A stretch of 64,000 bases of DNA from a bacterium (GCA_963669175.1 OY769902.1:2240001-2304000); one strand, 5' to 3'. Positions 29,538-40,195 are shown, numbered from the stretch's first letter. Numbers and translations: made by a program. Notes: a model not told the origin generated them from the sequence alone.

Positions 29538-29610
29538 ACCCGCCGCGAGGCGGGTTTTTGTTGACCTGCCGGGAGCATAAAAAAAAGCCAGGCTTTCGCC
29601 CGGCTTTTTC
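29538..29610. terminator. Two adjacent terminator hairpins between convergent genes
   Basis: acccgcc-gcga-ggcgggt+T-run and A-run+gccaggc-tttc-gcccggc+T-run. Confidence 0.75.
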
Positions 29611-29720
29611 CGGTTGGTGGAGGATATCGCGGAATTGGAGGGAAGTTGGTGTTGGTGTTGGGTTGCTTGCTGACAATCCCGCTAGGATCTCCACGGAGTG
29701 TATATGAAGCGAAGTATCTC

Positions 29721-30080
29721 CTATCTATCTATTCTGTTATAATGAATTGGCACTTTGTCCTTCTGAATATGTGAAGGATCATCTGTTATAGGGCAACAGG
29801 GCTGAAAGGGAACAGGTGTCATCCATTCCACTGGAACAAATCCCCCGTCGGGATTGTGTGATACTCCGAGCAGAGTTGGATCACTACCACCGCCGCCATT
29901 AATGTCGGTAGGTGTCACATGACAACACGCTACAGGATGCACTATTGGTATGAAATTCGGTACGGTATACTGATCCTGCAAAAAACCATTGCAGCATGTC
30001 CTGGGGTGTGAACCTGCAAAAACAGAAGAAGCCAGTACAAGAACCAGAGCGGCAACAAGGGAAAATCGGATTGCTTTCAT
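29721..30080 (-). CDS. Small secreted protein with three Cys-Cys pairs
   Basis: GAGGAGG RBS, signal peptide ending VFA, sigma-54 promoter upstream. Confidence 0.75.
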   Translation of the reverse strand: MKAIRFSLVAALVLVLASSVFAGSHPRTCCNGFLQDQYTVPNFIPIVHPVACCHVTPTDINGGGGSDPTLLGVSHNPDGGFVPVEWMTPVPFQPCCPITDDPSHIQKDKVPIHYNRIDR

Positions 30081-30137
30081 GATGCATCCTCCTCGTTACG
30101 GTTGCGGCTCCATCAAATTCGGCTCGGATGGGTAAAT

Positions 30138-30153
30138 TGCAACGGCTGTGCCA
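30138..30153 (-). promoter_or_regulatory. Sigma-54 (-24/-12) promoter
   Basis: TGGCACAGCCGTTGCA on the minus strand (GG-N10-GC), about 58 bp upstream of the ATG at 30080. Confidence 0.75.
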
Positions 30154-30306
30154 GAAAATATTTCGAGGAGTGAGAAGGATAGGGTTTTCTTCTACAAATC
30201 ATAGTGTGATTGAAGTTATGGCAAATTTTACCACCATCAGTACTAGGCAGTGTTGAAAATGGGAATGGTTTACCAGCCATATTGCTACAATAATTCTGAA
30301 ACTCGG

Positions 30307-30321
30307 GTAGCATAATGCTAC
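30307..30321. promoter_or_regulatory. Palindrome, candidate enhancer-binding-protein site
   Basis: GTAGCATAATGCTAC between the two sigma-54 promoters. Confidence 0.45.
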
Positions 30322-30397
30322 GTTTCAGGGGTTGTGAATATGTAGAGACTGCTCAGAATTTTGAAATAGTATACGGATGCGAGTTGATTGTCAGCTC

Positions 30398-30413
30398 TGG
30401 CATCACGGTTGCA
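30398..30413 (+). promoter_or_regulatory. Sigma-54 (-24/-12) promoter
   Basis: TGGCATCACGGTTGCA (GG-N10-GC), about 62 bp upstream of the ATG at 30476. Confidence 0.7.
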
Positions 30414-30475
30414 CACGTTCTACATTGTGTTGATGGTAAGACGGGGTGCTAAGGGTTGTCCATAAGGAGGTAGTA

Positions 30476-31324
30476 ATGAAGAGTTTCGGTTGGCTCCTGG
30501 TGGTTATGCTTGTTGGTTTGACGATGTCCTTTTCTACGGGATACGCATTTGAGTTTGGTTTCGATATAGAAAAGATAAAAAACGCCGAGTGGGGTATTGA
30601 ACTTGGTGGAGTCTACCATTTTGGTCGGATGGATATGGGGGATGTCAAGTACGACCAGCGTGATTTGAACAACTATTGGGAAGAGTTGAGTGACGCCCTT
30701 GTCCAGGGCGGCTTGCCCCCGTTTTCTTTCTCTTCCGATTCGGACTTTGACAGAACTCCATTTCTGGATATCAGCTTTGGTATGTACTGGTGGCGTTTTC
30801 ATGGCGGTATGATGTATTCCAGGATTTACCAGGCTGGCAAATATGTACAGGCAGAAGTGTCTTCAGATTATTATTCAACACGACGGTATTACATTGTTGA
30901 AGCAGCGGCCAAGGAATACATCTTCTTCCTCGGATTTCATCAGCCGATTACATCCTGGCTGGAAGTAGGTATTTACGGCGGTATGGGGCCGTCATCGGCA
31001 GATATTCACCAGCGTTATGAAGAATCCTCTTCTACGGGTAGCATAGACAGCGATTACCGTTATGATCATTCTGCCAACAACGATTATATCGCAAAGCGTA
31101 TCTGGGGTAAGGTTCGTGTCAATGCCACCCCCTACATTTGCGTTGATGTGAATGTTGGTTATCGCCAGTCACAGGTGGAGAACTTCCGCGGAGTTTTGCT
31201 GGATGGCAGCAATACCGATTCCGATGCGCCCGTGGTGAAGATATATCATTCAAACCAGGAGCTGATCTTCGATTATTCCGGCATCTATTATGGCTTGGGT
31301 ATTACGCTGCAGAATCCGTTATAA
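30476..31324 (+). CDS. Outer-membrane beta-barrel protein
   Basis: TAAGGAGG RBS, signal peptide, FDYSGIYYGLGITL C-terminal strand. Confidence 0.72.
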   Translation: MKSFGWLLVVMLVGLTMSFSTGYAFEFGFDIEKIKNAEWGIELGGVYHFGRMDMGDVKYDQRDLNNYWEELSDALVQGGLPPFSFSSDSDFDRTPFLDISFGMYWWRFHGGMMYSRIYQAGKYVQAEVSSDYYSTRRYYIVEAAAKEYIFFLGFHQPITSWLEVGIYGGMGPSSADIHQRYEESSSTGSIDSDYRYDHSANNDYIAKRIWGKVRVNATPYICVDVNVGYRQSQVENFRGVLLDGSNTDSDAPVVKIYHSNQELIFDYSGIYYGLGITLQNPL

Positions 31325-31327
31325 GCC

Positions 31328-31675
31328 ATGGTTTTCTACAAGCCGGAAAGTGCGCGTTTGATCGGCACGTTTCAATCTGAGATTGAAGCCCAGATGATTA
31401 AAGCAAAGTTGGAAGAGCAGGGTATTCCATCTTGGCTTTTTAAAGATGATGCCGGAAGTATGGGACCGCCGTTGCAGATGGTGCGCGGGGTGGAATTGTA
31501 TGTCGCACCAAGCGATCTGGAACTGGCTCACGAGATTCTTGAAGCTGTTGAAGAAGATGCAGATATGATGATCCCGATCGAGATGGAAACACCTGGAGGG
31601 GGCAACTGGGTTGTATGGATTTTGGTTATTTTTGCGATTGTTATTGTTGTATTGGGCTTATTGCACTATTATTAA
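31328..31675 (+). CDS. DUF2007-type (PII-like) protein with C-terminal TM
   Basis: EAQMIKAKLEEQGIP, GVELYV...DLELAHEIL. Confidence 0.8.
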   Translation: MVFYKPESARLIGTFQSEIEAQMIKAKLEEQGIPSWLFKDDAGSMGPPLQMVRGVELYVAPSDLELAHEILEAVEEDADMMIPIEMETPGGGNWVVWILVIFAIVIVVLGLLHYY

Positions 31676-32227
31676 GAGGGAGATGGTTCTTTTTCGAGAG
31701 CGTTGTTGAAACAGAAAGAGATCCAATATATGGTAAAGTTCAGAACGGATAATATTCGATTTTTGGGAAGGTGTACTGAGATAGACGCATGCTGGTAAAT
31801 AGCGGATCTTGAGGACTTATGTATCCCCTGTTGGTATAAAAGGGATACAATTATGGCAAAAGCGCCCTCCATGCATTCCACCAAGTGGGTTGATCTCTAT
31901 GTATTTGCGTAAGATTATGATTTAGCAGCAGATATTCTGATCGAACGTATCGTATAAAATCGAAAGCTCGCCTCAACAACGCTAAGGATTGCCTCGATTT
32001 TGGTTTGACATCGCCGGAGCATTAACCAACCCGGAATTTCCAAAGATTGGTAGGCTCGAAAAGGTCCGGTTCTATTCGAGGTCTCCCGTCCTACCGATTG
32101 ATTTGTACCCACACCTTGGAAGTATTATCTTCTCCGCTAGTTAACCACCGCCTCGCACCACTGAGCGAGACATATCCAGTGGCGGGGCGATTTCATTTGA
32201 GAAAGTCTGCAAAGAATCGAGGCTGTC

Positions 32228-33187
32228 ATGGCGAAGGATACAAAGAACAAGAGCGAATTCGAGCTTAAAGTTGGCTTGGCAGATATGCTTCGCGGTGGTG
32301 TCATCATGGATGTGACCACGGCGGATCAGGCAAAAATCGCAGAAGATGCCGGCGCTGCGTCGGTGATGGCGTTGGAACGTGTTCCTGCTGACATCCGCAA
32401 GGAAGGCGGCGTTGCACGTATGAGCCGGATTGCCGTGCTCGAAGAAATCATGGCATCGGTAAAGATTCCCGTAATGGCCAAGGTTCGTATCGGTCATTTC
32501 GTTGAAGCGCAACTTCTCCAGGAACTCGGCGTTGATTTTATCGATGAATCCGAAGTGCTGACCCCGGCGGATGAAGAGAACCATGTTGACAAGCATGCCT
32601 TCAAGGTGCCGTTTGTCTGTGGTTGCCGTAACCTGGGTGAAGCGTTGCGTCGTATCGGTGAAGGCGCGGCCATGATGCGCACCAAGGGCGAAGCCGGAAC
32701 CGGTAACGTGGTGGAAGCGGTCCGTCACATGCGCCAGGTCATGGCTGACATGCGTCGTATTCACCATATGGACAAGTCCGAACTGATGGCGGAAGCCAAG
32801 AACCTGCAGGCGCCGTTTGAATTGGTCAAATACGTGCATGAACATGGCAAGCTTCCGGTGCCGAACTTCGCAGCGGGTGGTGTCGCAACCCCGGCAGACG
32901 CGGCCATGATGGTGCAGCTTGGCGCGGAAACGGTGTTTGTCGGCAGTGGTATCTTCAAAGCAGGCCTGCTTCCCGGCCAGACCCTGGAAGACATCGCCGA
33001 TGAGAAGACGCGTAAGGAAATCCGTTCGGCACAGGCCAAGCTGGCCGCAGCGATTGTCCGTGCGGTAACCCACGCCAATGACCCGGTAGAAGTTCTGGCT
33101 GCGCAGCGTGACCAGGGTATGGCGATGGCCGGACTGGATGTTCGTACCATGGCAGAAGAAGAACGGCTTGCGACTCGAGGCTGGTAA
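32228..33187 (+). CDS. pdxS: Pyridoxal 5'-phosphate synthase lyase subunit
   Basis: [37 protein letters not shown]-terminal RGW. Confidence 0.97.
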   Translation: MAKDTKNKSEFELKVGLADMLRGGVIMDVTTADQAKIAEDAGAASVMALERVPADIRKEGGVARMSRIAVLEEIMASVKIPVMAKVRIGHFVEAQLLQELGVDFIDESEVLTPADEENHVDKHAFKVPFVCGCRNLGEALRRIGEGAAMMRTKGEAGTGNVVEAVRHMRQVMADMRRIHHMDKSELMAEAKNLQAPFELVKYVHEHGKLPVPNFAAGGVATPADAAMMVQLGAETVFVGSGIFKAGLLPGQTLEDIADEKTRKEIRSAQAKLAAAIVRAVTHANDPVEVLAAQRDQGMAMAGLDVRTMAEEERLATRGW

Positions 33188-33813
33188 TGATCATCGGAGT
33201 TCTCGCCCTGCAGGGCGATTATGGAACGCATGAACAGGCGATCCGCGAAGCAGGACATGAAGCCGTAGAGATTAGACGGTCCGAGGATGCCGGATTCGCC
33301 AATCCCAAAGCGCCGTGTGATGCTCGCCGGAAGGCTCAGGCGGACCCGAAAGTCGCGATGACTCGTGTCCCGGATGGGATCGTGATTCCCGGCGGTGAGT
33401 CATCAACCATCGATCTGCTGGGCAGGCGCTACGGTCTGGATATGCTGCTGGGTGCGTTTGCCGCATCGGGCAAGATCATTTTCGGAACCTGTGCCGGTGC
33501 GATCTGGCTGGGGCAGGGCGAACATCACAAGGTAACCCCATTGGGGCTTATCGATGTTACGCTTGAGCGGAATGCTTATGGCCGCCAGGTGGATTCATTC
33601 ATCACCGATATCGAGGTGGATGGTCTGGACAGCCCGTTCGAAGCAGTGTTCATCCGTGCGCCGAAAATCACACGGATTGGACCGGGCGTGGAAGTATTGG
33701 CCGAGCATAATGGTGATCCGGTGCTGGTCCGTAAGAACAATATCTGGCTGGCGACGTTCCACCCGGAACGCGTGGAAGACCGAAGAATTCATACGATGGT
33801 TTTCGGTGGGTAA
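33187..33813 (+). CDS. pdxT: Pyridoxal 5'-phosphate synthase glutaminase subunit
   Basis: GVLALQG, PGGES, GTCAG, RNAYGRQVDSF, FIRAP and FHPE motifs. Confidence 0.96.
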   Translation: MIIGVLALQGDYGTHEQAIREAGHEAVEIRRSEDAGFANPKAPCDARRKAQADPKVAMTRVPDGIVIPGGESSTIDLLGRRYGLDMLLGAFAASGKIIFGTCAGAIWLGQGEHHKVTPLGLIDVTLERNAYGRQVDSFITDIEVDGLDSPFEAVFIRAPKITRIGPGVEVLAEHNGDPVLVRKNNIWLATFHPERVEDRRIHTMVFGG

Positions 33814-33832
33814 CCGGATATACGATATTTTG

Positions 33833-33878
33833 TTTTAGAGAACAAAAGGGGGCCAATGCCCCCTTTTGTTCTCTAAAA
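33833..33878. terminator. Long bidirectional terminator hairpin
   Basis: ttttagagaacaaaagggggc / gcccccttttgttctctaaaa between convergent genes. Confidence 0.8.
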
Positions 33879-33891
33879 TGCAGGTCTACTG

Positions 33892-36800
33892 CTATTTGAC
33901 AAGAACGACCTGACGAATGTCGTTCATTTTGCCGGGTACAGATGCACGCAGGAAGTACATGCCGCTGGCCATCTGGCTGCCATCGAATACGAAGGCGTGG
34001 TAGCCTGCATTCATTACACCTTGATGCAGGGTGGTGATCTCACGGCCAAGCACATCGTAGACGACTACTGTCAATTCTGAAGTGGCCGGCAATCCTACGA
34101 CTGCATGCAATGTCGGGTTGAAGGGATTGGGATACGCAGCGGCAATGGACCAGTCTTCGGGCATTCCCTGGAACTCCTGATCTGCAACATTCAGGAACGG
34201 GCTGGACACTTCGATCTCAACATGGATCTGTCCGTGGCCGTTATGGTTTACCGTGAATGAAGGCGATTCCAGGAGATTGTACGTTTCACCCTGGACAAAA
34301 GCTGTAGCAGTATAGCCTTCCGGAAGAGCTTCCAGGATTCCTTCCGCAGTGATCAGGATATCACCGGCTTCACTGGATTCAACCACGAAACGCCATTGTT
34401 CGGTCTCGTTGTTGTCGGCAAACCAGCCTCGTACATCCTTGCAGAAATCATCCGCCTGTTCGATGCCCCAGTTAGCGTGGTGTGTATAGGCACGGAGGAT
34501 ATTCCCGGATGGGCTGGCTGGCGGCAGGACGAGATCTTCAGCATCATAATCGTCTTCAGCCCATTCGTGTGCCCCGAAGCCTGCGAGTGTACTGACCTTG
34601 TCGCCGCGATCCAGCGTCAAGGTTACAAACCAGCTCAAGGGAAGCTCGTCAAGTTCGCCATCAGGCGCCTGTGCCGGTCCGGCCGGTGCAGGATCAGCAT
34701 CATATTGGACCAGGGAGTATCCGGGATCAAAAGCAAGCATCCAGTAACCGGAGAAGGGAAGCATGTGGGTATGATCAACGGTGTAGTCGTCCGCAACGTC
34801 ATCATAGGCGAACAGGGGATACGAGATCCAGTGCGCGTCTTCCGCTTCCTGCAAGCTCAGCCATTGAGTGCCGTCGGTAACCCGGCAGAAATCCCAGTCA
34901 ATGGCGCCCGGCATGCCAAGACCTGCCAGTGTCCAGCCTTCACGAAGCGGAATGACAAGGCTGTCTGTCAGGTAGTCGCCCACCATGTCAACAGTTGTAG
35001 TGCCAGTCCCTTCCATGTACAGCCAGTCACCTTCACCGATGTGCAGCGTGTCCGGATCATAAACATACCCATAATCGCCGAAACCGTATAGCGCATAATA
35101 ACCGGTCAGGATGTCGTCGCCGATCTGATCATCCGGGGTAGGCGGATCGAGCAGGCAGTTAAAGCTTGTCAGGTGCCAGCCTTCAGTGAACTCATACTCC
35201 ATCGGTCCATAGATCATGAAACGGTCAGACATGCCTGACTGAGTTTGTCCGCTGAGATCGGTAGCCTCCACTTTGATCCTGGCATTCTGACTGTAAACGG
35301 AAAGCGGGATGTCCCAATCGTATGATGTTGCTGTGCCAAGCTGGTCCGTGATGACAACCCATGTATTCCCATCATCCAGCGAATAGGACAGCACGGCAGT
35401 CTGAACGTCATTTCCGGGGATAACCGTATACTCCCACTCCAGTGTTTCTGTGGAGTTGGCATGCAGCACATCATCAAGCGCCGGGCTGATGAGGGTGATG
35501 TAGGGGCTGTCCGGATCATTCAGGATGAATGCCTGCGAAGCGCTGCCCGCATTGCCTGCCCAGTCTTCGGCGGTAACACGGACGACTGCATCGGGTTCAT
35601 ACTGGTAGGGAGGAGTCCAGGTCCAGGTGCCGGGATCATCATCAAAAGCCGCCAACTCGGTCCAGTTTGCTCCGTTGTCAAGAGAGACCTCCAGAACAAC
35701 ACTCCTGATAGCCGTAATATCAGCAATGGTCCAGGTGATTTCCTGGTCGTTGTTCGCGTTCAGGACTTCATCGGCCGTTGGGGATGTAATCGCTACAACC
35801 GGATCCGTGGCGTCACCGATAGCCAGTTCCAACTGGTACGCATCATCGGGCGCGATGAAGCTGTACGCATTATCCTCGCGAAGGTTCTGGTAGATATCGC
35901 TGGTGACGTCATACAAGACAACGCCCCAGGTTTCAGGAATGCCGTACTCAATAGAAAAGTCCATGTCTACAGCGCCGCCGAGTTCATCGGTCAGGACTTC
36001 GATTGGATACACCTTGCGATCGTTTGTCAGATCCTCAAACAGTTTGATGTCGCGCATGAAGTTGTCGCCACCCGGGGCGTTCCATTCATCATGGGGGAAG
36101 TAAGTCGTGATGTAGTTGTTCGGCGCATGCGGCGGTTCGTAAATGTCCGTCCCGATATCGTAACCATCTGTAGCATCATCCGCCATGCCCGCGATATTGT
36201 TGTTGTCGAACAGGATTTCATCCAGCTCTCCATCGACCTGAGTGTTGATCACGACCATACGCGGCCCATAGGGCAACGGGATGGTCTCGTCCGGCACCAG
36301 GGCAAAATCGTCGTAGTACTTGGTGCCGTATGTATGCATCCCCAGCACACCCTCACCGTTGAAATAAGTATCCTCGAAGGCGAAGATGTATTCGTCCGGC
36401 TTGTCAATCCCGATGTAGTACCAGTTGCCGTGTTTTTCAAAATAGGCCGTATGCCAGATATCCGGGTCCCACTCATAATACGGTCTGTTTTCTGGCGCGT
36501 TCTGCCAGGTGCCGTTCAAACGTGCCTGTACCTGCCCGGTGATAATAGTTTGCGGGCCTCCCCAGTCATTCCAACCACTCCCACCGACACTGGTACGGAA
36601 GTAATTATTACCATCCATCCAGATCAGGAAACTTGCCTCTGCACTGTTATGGCTGGGTTGTTGATCATCATCCACATTGGTGAAGCGAACCGAGGCTTGC
36701 CAGTTGTCCTCGATCTGGTGCTCATCGTTGAGAGTAATGGTGCCCTGTGCGCCATAAGCGCTGGTCAATGTCCAGAAACCATGCAGCTTGCCGTCCTGAG

Positions 36801-38151
36801 AAATGTCCCAACTGCCTGTCCGTGGCGTCCATTCGGAAAGGTCGGAATCAAAGTTGTCTTCGTAGCCCTGGATTTCATCGGCGATGACGAGGTCGTCCAA
36901 GAGGTATCCGCCCAGATTCCCATAGTATCCGCCCGGAGTATGGGAAACGAAAATGTTGTCCAGGTCTGCAAAGTGATCAGTGATAGTAGCCGTGTGCTCG
37001 TACTCGCCAAGGTAATCCCAGGTGACATCCCAGGTTCCGTCGGAGTGCCTTGCCATGCGGACATTCACCCAGCGATCCGGGTAGGTAATGGGATCATTCA
37101 CGGTCATATTGCCCTGCCAGCCAAGCATCAGGTACCAGTGACCGTCCATGTTGTGGTAGTTGATAATTGTTCTTACACCTTTGTTCTGCGTGAAGTAATT
37201 GGGCATGCCTTCGGAGAAACAGAAATCGAGTATGCTGAAGGTTTGCACACGTTTGTGAATCCAGTAGCTCACTTCGAATTCTTCCGGCAGGCTTACCGGA
37301 GAATAAAGGGTGGTGCCATCGCCGGGACTGGCATTGCAATAACTACGGTAAGCATAACCGCCATTGCGGCCAATGCCATCAACAACTTCCCAGGTGCCGC
37401 CATCGTAGGGATAGTAATACTCCCAGTGCGGGTTGTCGGTATAGTCGCCGTCTTCCCAGTCTTCTGTAAAAGGCAGTGAGTTGGGGGCAAACTCATACAC
37501 TGCGAAATCGTCGAAGTAGGAATAGCCGTTGTTCATACAGAATGAGCCAAGGGTTACCTGGTTTGGACTGAAGTCGGCAATGCCATCTGCGTATGCATCC
37601 ATTATGAGATTGAATGACGCATCGCGCACGACAACGTGCATCTCGCCATCCTGGTACGTGATCAGGTATTTGTACCACTGATTCAAGTCCAGGGTAACAC
37701 TCGGGTCCAGAACAATGTACTGGTTTCCCGGCAAATCATAGCGCACATGTCCGTCATGGTTCACATATACGTTAGCCCAAATGGCATCGGTACTCCTGAT
37801 CATGACATGCCCCGCACGACCAGCGCCCCAGGACGCCGGGTTGTCGCCCATGCCATAAGCGGTAATGTAGAACCAGGTTTCCACAGTGACACCGTTGACA
37901 GGATCGAAGGAATATGCGATCTGGCTGTTATCCTCCTGATAGGGAGGGATACCGGCGTTGGCCCACATGCCCACAGCATGGCCCTGTTTGTGATAAGGAT
38001 TCGTAACGATCACGGCATCGTTGCCGGGATCGCCCACCTGCGTCCAGTTGGTCAAGCCGTTCTCAAAGCCATCGTAGAAAGGAAGACTGAATGCTGATCC
38101 TGCAAGCAGAAGCAGAATCATGACCGATACAACCGTTGTACAACGAGACAT
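33892..38151 (-). CDS. Large secreted multidomain protein (lectin/LamG-like and Ig-like repeats) with T9SS-like C-terminal domain
   Basis: Signal peptide, three LPFxD/ExF/W-started beta-sandwich modules, SLDNG/SLDDG repeats, YPNPFNP...ASGMYF...VVLVK. Confidence 0.85.
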   Translation of the reverse strand: MSRCTTVVSVMILLLLAGSAFSLPFYDGFENGLTNWTQVGDPGNDAVIVTNPYHKQGHAVGMWANAGIPPYQEDNSQIAYSFDPVNGVTVETWFYITAYGMGDNPASWGAGRAGHVMIRSTDAIWANVYVNHDGHVRYDLPGNQYIVLDPSVTLDLNQWYKYLITYQDGEMHVVVRDASFNLIMDAYADGIADFSPNQVTLGSFCMNNGYSYFDDFAVYEFAPNSLPFTEDWEDGDYTDNPHWEYYYPYDGGTWEVVDGIGRNGGYAYRSYCNASPGDGTTLYSPVSLPEEFEVSYWIHKRVQTFSILDFCFSEGMPNYFTQNKGVRTIINYHNMDGHWYLMLGWQGNMTVNDPITYPDRWVNVRMARHSDGTWDVTWDYLGEYEHTATITDHFADLDNIFVSHTPGGYYGNLGGYLLDDLVIADEIQGYEDNFDSDLSEWTPRTGSWDISQDGKLHGFWTLTSAYGAQGTITLNDEHQIEDNWQASVRFTNVDDDQQPSHNSAEASFLIWMDGNNYFRTSVGGSGWNDWGGPQTIITGQVQARLNGTWQNAPENRPYYEWDPDIWHTAYFEKHGNWYYIGIDKPDEYIFAFEDTYFNGEGVLGMHTYGTKYYDDFALVPDETIPLPYGPRMVVINTQVDGELDEILFDNNNIAGMADDATDGYDIGTDIYEPPHAPNNYITTYFPHDEWNAPGGDNFMRDIKLFEDLTNDRKVYPIEVLTDELGGAVDMDFSIEYGIPETWGVVLYDVTSDIYQNLREDNAYSFIAPDDAYQLELAIGDATDPVVAITSPTADEVLNANNDQEITWTIADITAIRSVVLEVSLDNGANWTELAAFDDDPGTWTWTPPYQYEPDAVVRVTAEDWAGNAGSASQAFILNDPDSPYITLISPALDDVLHANSTETLEWEYTVIPGNDVQTAVLSYSLDDGNTWVVITDQLGTATSYDWDIPLSVYSQNARIKVEATDLSGQTQSGMSDRFMIYGPMEYEFTEGWHLTSFNCLLDPPTPDDQIGDDILTGYYALYGFGDYGYVYDPDTLHIGEGDWLYMEGTGTTTVDMVGDYLTDSLVIPLREGWTLAGLGMPGAIDWDFCRVTDGTQWLSLQEAEDAHWISYPLFAYDDVADDYTVDHTHMLPFSGYWMLAFDPGYSLVQYDADPAPAGPAQAPDGELDELPLSWFVTLTLDRGDKVSTLAGFGAHEWAEDDYDAEDLVLPPASPSGNILRAYTHHANWGIEQADDFCKDVRGWFADNNETEQWRFVVESSEAGDILITAEGILEALPEGYTATAFVQGETYNLLESPSFTVNHNGHGQIHVEIEVSSPFLNVADQEFQGMPEDWSIAAAYPNPFNPTLHAVVGLPATSELTVVVYDVLGREITTLHQGVMNAGYHAFVFDGSQMASGMYFLRASVPGKMNDIRQVVLVK

Positions 38152-38578
38152 GACAACCTCCTGAGTGAGATGAAGAGAAATGCTATCCGGTTTAAATGTT
38201 GACTATCCAGCTCTAAGAAGAGATTATATTAATACTATTATATTTTAGATGATAAGAGATAGAAATAATTTATTACTATTGAAATTATTGCTCGAATATT
38301 ATATATTATATATCTTTATTTAAATTGTATTTCCCCACGTAAAATATTATTTATTTGGTTTTCGGAAAATAGTAATTTTTATCATTTTTTGTCTCAGTTA
38401 TATTTACAGGATGTAGTCTAAACTCATGTAAAAGCGTATGTAAGCGAAAGTGGAGAGAGATAGCCCCAAACTGAGTTAGGAATCACTTCAATTGGCTCTC
38501 GACGATACTGTTTGGGGGTAGAATCTGAGGTGAGAAGTATGGTCTGAATGTAGAAGGAATCAGGATTGAATGACGTTG

Positions 38579-39532
38579 TTACGGTGTCACAAGGTTTTGC
38601 CGTCCACGCCGTGGACCTTCAAGAAGTGACGCATGCAAAATACGGTAGCTTTCGTAGCGGTCGGGATGGATGAGGCCTGCTTCGACAGCACGGTTGACCG
38701 CGCAGCCTTCATCGTCAAAATGCAGGCAGTTACGGAACTCACAATCCGGGCTGAACTTCCTGAACTCGACAAAATGTTGCGCGAGTTCATCCGTTTCGAC
38801 CACGGGATGAAATTCACGTATCCCCGGTGAATCGGCAACAGTTCCGCCTGATGGGAATGGGAAGAGACGTGTGTAGGTTGTGGTATGAACACCGCGTCCG
38901 GTGTTGGTGGAAAGGGCGGAAGTATCCAGGTCAAGATCAGCGATCAGACGATTCATCAGCGTACTTTTTCCGACACCCGATGGACCGGACAGCAGGCTGA
39001 TACGGCCAGTCAGTTGTGCTTCAACGAGGTCAATGTTTGTCCCGGTTTTCGCACTGACCTTGATCACCTTGTAACCGGCCTGCCGCCAGGGTTCCGAATA
39101 CGCATCAAGCTGATCATCCGTGAAAAGGTCTGCTTTATTCAACAGGATAGTGGCGTCCATATTGCCCACACTGCAACCGACCAGCATACGGTCAACGAGT
39201 CTTGGTGATACGACAGGTTCATCCGGAGTCGCGAGGATGAGTACTTGCTCCATATTTGCGGCAATTTCCTTTATACGTCCGTAGACATAGCGATTGAGCA
39301 GGGAGGAGCGTGGCAGAATCTCCTGAACCCAGCCATCTTTTGTTTTGGTCGGAGGAGTGAAACGGATATGGTCGCCTGGCACCGGCATGCCGAAAGATTT
39401 TCCTTTTCCCGGTACACGGCAATCGGCTGGTTCGTCACCGTCCCATTTGACGATTACACCGTTACGGGTGCGTGTTAGCACGATACCCGTGGCGGAGATC
39501 TCAGCCTGTTTCTGATGTTTGTTCTTGCCCAT
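38579..39532 (-). CDS. rsgA: Ribosome small subunit-dependent GTPase A
   Basis: NKAD, GPSGVGKST, GVHTTT, DSPG and CEFRNCLH...C motifs. Confidence 0.95.
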   Translation of the reverse strand: MGKNKHQKQAEISATGIVLTRTRNGVIVKWDGDEPADCRVPGKGKSFGMPVPGDHIRFTPPTKTKDGWVQEILPRSSLLNRYVYGRIKEIAANMEQVLILATPDEPVVSPRLVDRMLVGCSVGNMDATILLNKADLFTDDQLDAYSEPWRQAGYKVIKVSAKTGTNIDLVEAQLTGRISLLSGPSGVGKSTLMNRLIADLDLDTSALSTNTGRGVHTTTYTRLFPFPSGGTVADSPGIREFHPVVETDELAQHFVEFRKFSPDCEFRNCLHFDDEGCAVNRAVEAGLIHPDRYESYRILHASLLEGPRRGRQNLVTP

Positions 39533-39538
39533 AGCCGA

Positions 39539-40195
39539 TCAAGAGAAAGGAAAGATGACAAAGACGACTGCATCCCAGAGCGCATGGGAAACGACACCCG
39601 GTCCGATATGACGGAACTTGATATACATCAGCCCCCAGATTCCACCAGCGACCGCCGCTGCGCCCAGAAGCGGAAGATTCATTGCGGGCAGATGGATCGC
39701 TGTGTATAACAACAGCGTGACCCAGAAGCCTTTCCATGTCCCAAGGCGGATCATCAGGGTGCGCTGAACAAAACCACGCCAGAAAAGTTCTTCTCCAGGA
39801 CCGATAGGGAACAGGAGAATCATCAATAGCAGGCGTGGCGAAATGCCATGCCCGGTTGCGTACACATTCTGTACATCCTGGGGACCGGAAGGGATCAGGA
39901 AGGTGATTTGCTTGACCAGGATATTGCCCAGGAAAAACGCGCCATACAGAACCGCTGCCGCAACAATTCCCCAGAGCATATATTTCATCCATCCCACCGG
40001 TGATGCCTTCATTGTATCGGGATAGATGAAGAAGGTGAACCCGCCGAGAGTGAGTGTGGCGGAACACATCAGAATCCAGTAAGCCGGCCCGGTTTTGATA
40101 ACCACAAACAGGAAAAACCAGACAATCGCAGCAATAGCAACGGTCCCACCCAGGAGGGTGAGACCGCTATAGGCAGTTTTTTTTGAATCGCTCAC
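39539..40195 (-). CDS. CPBP family intramembrane metalloprotease
   Basis: EELFWRG, YTAIH and SHALWD motifs. Confidence 0.9.
   Translation of the reverse strand: MSDSKKTAYSGLTLLGGTVAIAAIVWFFLFVVIKTGPAYWILMCSATLTLGGFTFFIYPDTMKASPVGWMKYMLWGIVAAAVLYGAFFLGNILVKQITFLIPSGPQDVQNVYATGHGISPRLLLMILLFPIGPGEELFWRGFVQRTLMIRLGTWKGFWVTLLLYTAIHLPAMNLPLLGAAAVAGGIWGLMYIKFRHIGPGVVSHALWDAVVFVIFPFS

Noticed and set aside
35461-37479. 672-aa plus-strand ORF and other long antisense ORFs (e.g. 15667-16935, 52172-53284, 32141-33073)
   Set aside because: Shadow frames opposite well-supported genes, with no recognisable motifs.
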